Part shown: in pieces, positions 58,805 through 64,000 of the stretch
Layout of the letters: every line of letters begins with the position of its first letter
Numbering within the stretch: position 1 is the first letter of the stretch
NCBI GenBank assembly: GCA_038896535.1
Contig: JAWACY010000001.1
Span: forward strand, 64,001 to 128,000
DNA: 64,000 bases
Source of the DNA: Candidatus Anstonellales archaeon
GTDB taxonomy: Archaea; Micrarchaeota; Micrarchaeia; Anstonellales; J096
Direction: 5' to 3'
Position numbers and translations under genes: made by a program
The notes under the pieces: model-generated
The model's input: the letters and a program-made list of their open reading frames with translations, nothing else
Database searches by the model: none
What the model was told of the DNA's origin: nothing

Positions 58805-59923
58805 ATGGATAAAGAAAAACTGGACAAGCTTGTTGCCTTAACATTCGATGAAGACCCAAAAATAAGAAAAAAAGCTTTAAGAGAACTTGCAAAAGTAAAT
58901 GATGCTGCTGCATTGATAGCAATAGCTGAACTTGCATATGATAAAGATAAAAGCGTTCAAGAAGAAGCAAAACGCATATTGGAAGAAAGAAAAAAAACAC
59001 TTCCCCATAAACAATTGCCATTGAATGAGTTATTTGAGGGGGTAAGCTTCTCTGGTGGCCAGGAAAGCAAGAAAAAAGATGAAGAAAAAGCAGAAAAACA
59101 AGCAAGTGAACCAAGAATTATTGAACCAATAAAAAACATATTCCTGCAAAAATATAAAGATGAGAAAAAGGCAACAAAGGCACTGGAACAATTTATATCA
59201 AATATAAAAAGGGAGAAAGAGCCAACAGCACAGAATGTTTTGACTGCTTATATTGAAACAAGGGCATTTGAAAGTAAAGAGGATACAAATAACGTTATAA
59301 AAGAATTAATAGAAGAGAAAGCTGGGGAAAAGAATAAAGAGGGCATAGATATAGAGGTTATAGGGCACGATGTAAAAACAGAAAATATACAAAAAGAGGC
59401 TCAAGAAGTTGAAGATGACTATTTATTCAAAGAAGAAAAGAAAATGATAGAGGATTTATCTGCTTATCCACCGACGCCGTTTAAAATAGCATATGATGAG
59501 CTGATGGCTCTTAATGGTGATGAGAAATTAATGAAAAAGCAAGCAGATATGCTTGTTAATGTTTTTAAAAAACAAGTTGAACTTGCTTATAAAATTGTAA
59601 AGAAAAGGTTTAAGCAAATAAAATTAACAGATATCTCAGAAATCAAAGATGGCATGAAAGGCATAACAACAGATTTACTTGAAGTAATTGAAGTAAAACA
59701 CTTATCATATAAAGATGGAAAAAAAGAAAAATTGTTTACAAGGGTCATGTTAAGAGATGCTAATGGAAAGGAAGGCATATTATACCTTTTTGATGGCAGA
59801 GGCCAGTTTTTAAAACCTGGAATGAAAATATCACTAGAAAAGGCAAAAGCAAAAACATTCAAATTCTCAAATGAAACTGCATTAACTCTTGATAAAAGAG
59901 GCAGGGCTTATATACATATATAA
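58805..59923 (+). CDS. Protein with N-terminal HEAT-like repeat and C-terminal OB-fold-like domain
   Basis: D.DP.IR..A...L...and D.D..V...A...L pattern; C-terminus ISEIK.GM...V..V...L.D..G...L.LF.......G..I resembles SSB/RPA OB folds. Confidence 0.65.
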   Translation: MDKEKLDKLVALTFDEDPKIRKKALRELAKVNDAAALIAIAELAYDKDKSVQEEAKRILEERKKTLPHKQLPLNELFEGVSFSGGQESKKKDEEKAEKQASEPRIIEPIKNIFLQKYKDEKKATKALEQFISNIKREKEPTAQNVLTAYIETRAFESKEDTNNVIKELIEEKAGEKNKEGIDIEVIGHDVKTENIQKEAQEVEDDYLFKEEKKMIEDLSAYPPTPFKIAYDELMALNGDEKLMKKQADMLVNVFKKQVELAYKIVKKRFKQIKLTDISEIKDGMKGITTDLLEVIEVKHLSYKDGKKEKLFTRVMLRDANGKEGILYLFDGRGQFLKPGMKISLEKAKAKTFKFSNETALTLDKRGRAYIHI

Positions 59924-59959
59924 ATAAAAAGGTAAAATGGAAAAATAGAAAAATAGAAA

Positions 59960-60034
59960 GGGCTCGTAGCTCAGCTTGGATAGAGCGGCTGCCTTCTAAG
60001 CAGTAGGTCGAGGGTTCAAATCCCTCCGAGCCCG
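59960..60034 (+). tRNA. tRNA-Arg(TCT)
   Basis: Cloverleaf with GCTGC-CTTCTAA-GCAGT anticodon arm; otherwise matches tRNA-Arg(CCT). Confidence 0.96.
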
Positions 60035-60037
60035 TAG

Positions 60038-60075
60038 GTAAGAAGGCGCTAACCCTATTATACATGCCTTCTTAC
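60038..60075. repeat. Single palindromic unit of the tRNA-linked family
   Basis: GTAAGAAGGC-GCTAACCCTATTATACAT-GCCTTCTTAC, 3 nt after the tRNA discriminator. Confidence 0.93.
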
Positions 60076-60140
60076 AGTTAAAGATCTGAAATTTTATTTT
60101 TTATCAGCAAATTTAAAAAATTTTTTGCTTTAAAAAATTT

Positions 60141-63100
60141 ATGCGGAGAAATGTAAATGTCATTTTTCTTGTTTTTTTATATTTTATATATACCAGTATG
60201 GCTATAACAGTATATGTAAATAACACTCCAATAAGCGGATGTTATCCAGATGGATCTATAAATTATTCTAATATTACTGATGCAATAAATGCAGTAAGTG
60301 ATGGCGATACAATAATTGTTTGTAAAACTTCAAGCACATATGTAGAAGACATAATTATCAATAAATCAATTAATATGTTCGGTAATGAGTCCTATGTCTC
60401 ATTAAATCCATTAACAACAACTGGACAAGCATTCACTATAAAAATAAATGCAAATTACGTTAACATTTCCAATTTCAGCATAATAGGCAATGGGATGGAC
60501 GATTATGGAGGCATAGATGTAAATGGCTTTAATAACACAAAAATATCAAATAATTATTTTTCACAGCTGTGTGAGCCAGCTGTATTAGTTAGTGGGAGTT
60601 ACAATCTTTTGATAAATAACATAGCAAATAAAACTCAATGTGGTAATATTGCATCTGTATGCTCATCTTTAACCTATTACGACGGCACCTATTACACGCC
60701 AGTAGCTTTTTGTTTCTCTCCATTTGGTTTTAATAACAGTGCTATAAATAATACGGCATTGGAATGGCCAACTGGTTTTATCTTTTATAGTAATAATTCC
60801 AATCCAAACACTTACTATGAAGTTATAAATAACACTGCAAAAAATAACGGAATTGGTTTTTTATTTAATGAAAACAACAATGTATTTTTAGCAAAAAATC
60901 TTCGTGCATATAATAACACAATTGGTTTTGTTAGGCAGGGATCAAGCGTTGTTTATATAAATGACTCAGAGTCAATAAATAACAGCAAATATGATTTAAT
61001 ATATGGCGGTGGCTGGAATAACCTCAACTTAGGCGATTTCATCATCGATATAGAATACTCTAGTAATCTTGGTTTTAAAGCATTAAAAAATCTCTCAACT
61101 TTACCAAATGATGTAACACCAATTTATTTATTAAATACCACTGTTCTTGGTTTTACACAATCTGGGAAATTTTATTTCAGAATTAATGATAGTTATATAC
61201 AAACATTTAATTTGAGTTATGATGATCTAGTGCTTGCTTATACGAACAACACAGAACTTTTACTTTATCCTGCCTTTGCAATATATAATGATTCATTAAA
61301 AACAATTGGTGCTAATATCAACAATCTTGGCAACACTACATTTGCGGTGATTGGCCCTGGAAGTAATGCAACAACCATTTATGTTAATAATACAGTCCAA
61401 ACGAATAATTGCCCGCCAGATGGAGCAGTTAACTATGCAAAAATAGAAGATGCTATTTTAAGGCTCTTCCCTGGAAGGTCATTGATAATATGCAATGGTG
61501 GTTCAAATTATAATATATCAAATTCTATTTCAATACAAAAATTAGCAAAAGTCAACATTGCTGGTGTAGACAATAATGTAACAATAACAAATAGCAGCAA
61601 TACATTATTCCTCAATATATTTAACTCAAATTTATCAAATTTAACATTTATTGGCAATCCATACGCCTTCTTTATAGGAGCAATAAACTCTAACATATCT
61701 AATATAAAATCTTTAAATGGTAATGGCATTATTGGCGGGCGCAATGTTACTCTAAGAAATTACTATTCATTCAATAATACATGGGGCTTAGCAATTTTAA
61801 CAGGTTTTTTCTCACCGATTCAACCGCCAGGTTATAACGTAACAATAATAAATGCAACAATACTTAACAGTTCACAATTCCCCTTTGTTGCTGCCTTAAC
61901 TTCTAATGTAACACTAATTAATTCAACTATATTTAATTACTGGGCTTATAATAACCCTATTGTTATCACCAATAACATTGCAACAACAACTATTAATACA
62001 TCAGTAAGGTTTGTTAATGTCACGTTTGGCCCTCCTGATGGCAGTTTAGATGGCAGAACAACAATTAACTTTAAATTATCTTTAAATGATTCTGCTCCAA
62101 ATAATGCTTTCTTAGGTTGGGTTAATGTATCAGACCTGCCATTCTTCCCAAATAATGGTAGCATCAATAATTCATTTAACAAAAAAATAATTTTACTTGC
62201 TTCTAACTCAACTGTTGAAGAATTTAAATTAGTTTGGACAGATAATGAAACACAGAGCCTACAAAATGAGAGTTTAATACAACTATGGAAATTTAACAAT
62301 ACAGACTGGGTATTAGAGAATGATACCCCTGATACTGCAAATAATGAAATAGGGCTTTCAAATTTCACTCCTGGGAGTATATATGGGCTGTTCTATTTTG
62401 GTGGTTTTGGCTCACCTCCGCCTCCACCTCCTCCACCAATAACGCCCCCTTCTGGCGGTGGAGAAAGAAAATTATCAATATCAACAGATTTTATTTGCCC
62501 TGATAATGTTCTTTCAGTAACAGTTAGCGATAGAGATAATGGAGATTTAATTGAAAATGCTAGAGTTGTAGTATCAAAAAGCGATTTATCATATGTTGAA
62601 GCTAAAAGGACAAATGAAAATGGAAAAGCATTATTTAATATTCCATCAAATGGAAGTTACACAATAGAAGCTAGTAAATCAGGTTATCAAAGAAAAGACA
62701 TATCAGAGCAAATAACATTGTGCGAGATAAAAAATGAAACAAAAAATGAGACTAAAAATGAAACAAAACCCAAAGAAAGAATAGAAGAAATAATAGTAGA
62801 AAAACCGCAGGAAAATAGATTGATAATAAATGCCCCTGATGAAGCTTTTGTAGGGGATAATATAACAATAACAGCAAGATATGAAAATGGAGAAATAGCG
62901 AGTAATGTTAAAATTACTGTATTAACACAAAATCAAACATTTGAATTAATAACAGATAGAGATGGATTTGCTTATATAACACCATTATGGGCAGGATTCT
63001 ATGTTTACACATCAAATGTTCCAATAGCAAAATCAAAGGCAACAATAGTAAGGGAGAGAGAAGTAAAAGAATATAGGTTAGAAGTTCCTTTAACAATTAG

Positions 63101-63461
63101 ACAAACAACACCAGTTCATATAATACCACAAACAATAGGGCAGTATACAGTTGATGTTTATTTAGGCACAACATTAGTAACATCAATGAAAGGAACAGGA
63201 AAAACAACACTAACACTGCCAGAAGGTAAATATAAAATTGTTATTAGAAGCGATTATGTTATAAGAGGAGCAACAATTGATATTCCATTAAAAACCCCGC
63301 CAATAGTTGTTAATGTAAATGAAGTCATATACTCATTTATTGCTATGATACTTTTCTTTATGCTCATATTATTCATAAGGGATTATATAAGGGAAAGAGA
63401 GAAAATAAAGAAAGAGACAATGGAAAAATACGCAGCAAAAGGAGAGGAAACATTTAAATAA
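60141..63461 (+). CDS. Large membrane-anchored cell-surface glycoprotein (right-handed beta-helix/NosD-like repeats, poly-Pro linker, Ig/CarboxypepD-like domains)
   Basis: Signal peptide, I.DAI.....GDTI.V beta-helix cap twice, Asn-rich, PPPPPPPP, T..NG.A.F..Y...ASK.GY, C-terminal TM. Confidence 0.82.
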   Translation: MRRNVNVIFLVFLYFIYTSMAITVYVNNTPISGCYPDGSINYSNITDAINAVSDGDTIIVCKTSSTYVEDIIINKSINMFGNESYVSLNPLTTTGQAFTIKINANYVNISNFSIIGNGMDDYGGIDVNGFNNTKISNNYFSQLCEPAVLVSGSYNLLINNIANKTQCGNIASVCSSLTYYDGTYYTPVAFCFSPFGFNNSAINNTALEWPTGFIFYSNNSNPNTYYEVINNTAKNNGIGFLFNENNNVFLAKNLRAYNNTIGFVRQGSSVVYINDSESINNSKYDLIYGGGWNNLNLGDFIIDIEYSSNLGFKALKNLSTLPNDVTPIYLLNTTVLGFTQSGKFYFRINDSYIQTFNLSYDDLVLAYTNNTELLLYPAFAIYNDSLKTIGANINNLGNTTFAVIGPGSNATTIYVNNTVQTNNCPPDGAVNYAKIEDAILRLFPGRSLIICNGGSNYNISNSISIQKLAKVNIAGVDNNVTITNSSNTLFLNIFNSNLSNLTFIGNPYAFFIGAINSNISNIKSLNGNGIIGGRNVTLRNYYSFNNTWGLAILTGFFSPIQPPGYNVTIINATILNSSQFPFVAALTSNVTLINSTIFNYWAYNNPIVITNNIATTTINTSVRFVNVTFGPPDGSLDGRTTINFKLSLNDSAPNNAFLGWVNVSDLPFFPNNGSINNSFNKKIILLASNSTVEEFKLVWTDNETQSLQNESLIQLWKFNNTDWVLENDTPDTANNEIGLSNFTPGSIYGLFYFGGFGSPPPPPPPPITPPSGGGERKLSISTDFICPDNVLSVTVSDRDNGDLIENARVVVSKSDLSYVEAKRTNENGKALFNIPSNGSYTIEASKSGYQRKDISEQITLCEIKNETKNETKNETKPKERIEEIIVEKPQENRLIINAPDEAFVGDNITITARYENGEIASNVKITVLTQNQTFELITDRDGFAYITPLWAGFYVYTSNVPIAKSKATIVREREVKEYRLEVPLTIRQTTPVHIIPQTIGQYTVDVYLGTTLVTSMKGTGKTTLTLPEGKYKIVIRSDYVIRGATIDIPLKTPPIVVNVNEVIYSFIAMILFFMLILFIRDYIREREKIKKETMEKYAAKGEETFK

Positions 63462-63464
63462 ATT

Positions 63465-63818
63465 ATGCAAAATTATAATATGGAACTGAATGACAAAAAT
63501 ATAAAAAATCTTATAATATGGGTGTTATCAATATTTGGGGTAATAATTGGCTATCTGCTATGGAAAAAGGATAAGGACAATATTTATTGGGTAAATATAA
63601 CATTAGCGTTTTTCATTTCAGCAATTATTCTTAATATATTAGCAGGTATTGCTGTTTTTATCCCGATTATTGGCATGTTTATATCTGCATTAATAGGTTT
63701 TTATATACTTATAGCATGGCTTTATGGAATGTTATTAATATTGAATAATAAAACTACATTTAAGCTACCATTATTCAAAGAACTCATTGAATTTATTACA
63801 CAAAAAATAAGGTTATAA
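63465..63818 (+). CDS. Small membrane protein (DUF4870-like)
   Basis: Three hydrophobic segments, IPIIG and F.LP patterns. Confidence 0.6.
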   Translation: MQNYNMELNDKNIKNLIIWVLSIFGVIIGYLLWKKDKDNIYWVNITLAFFISAIILNILAGIAVFIPIIGMFISALIGFYILIAWLYGMLLILNNKTTFKLPLFKELIEFITQKIRL

Positions 63819-63820
63819 GT

Positions 63821-64000
63821 GTGGCGGGCTTCCTGTTATGCAAGCATTCCCTAAGTGATCAGCATAACAAAGGCCCTCTGTGCTGTTTGCTCCAAACAAC
63901 TGCCATACACTTAGGGCTGCTCGTTACCGCCTGACCCAGTTCATGTATAGCAATCAATGGAGGACAGCACTTCATTGCTTTATTATGCCATCTTCCTTAA
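63821..64000 (-). ncRNA. ffs: Signal recognition particle (7S) RNA, 3' part; 5' end lies beyond the window
   Basis: Reverse complement contains helix-8 motif GAACTGGGTCAGGCG-GTAA-CGAGCAGCCCTAAG (63910-63942) and ends ...CCCGCCAC; GC-richer non-coding tract. Confidence 0.82.

Noticed and set aside
59859..60065. 68-aa minus-strand ORF
   Set aside because: Antisense to tRNA-Arg(TCT) and the palindromic unit.

Overview
AT-rich, gene-dense archaeal chromosome segment. The compact proteins and gene content suggest a DPANN archaeon, possibly Micrarchaeota (inference only). Most of it is housekeeping: PolB, PolD DP1/DP2, Topo VI A/B, TBP, Rpo4/6/11, S8e, L21e, TyrRS, PheRS-beta, SRP54 plus the 3' part of SRP RNA, Sec61beta, SepF, Mre11, short XPF, a RecJ/Cdc45-like DHH protein, deoxyhypusine synthase, AglB with glycosylation genes, a MacB/LolCDE-type ABC system and a large beta-helix surface protein. 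There are six intron-less tRNA genes. No cas genes, integrases or transposases are visible. The strongest signal not explained by genes is a family of ~38-bp palindromic units (RTAAGAAGGC-N17/18-GCCTTCTTAY). They start 2-3 nt after the 3' end of three different tRNAs, Arg(CCT), Lys(CTT) and Arg(TCT), as arrays of at least 4, 5 and 1 units with a ~63-66 bp period and a compensatory outer base-pair change between loci. Other oddities: an HPPY-type DNA methyltransferase with a coupled unknown partner behind tRNA-Thr, a HEAT+OB-fold protein, an identical 40-bp tract in both halves of TBP, a duplicated rps8e 3' end, an enlarged UPF0175/PIN-like pair, and Cys-rich extracytoplasmic inserts. Novelty cannot be verified without database searches.
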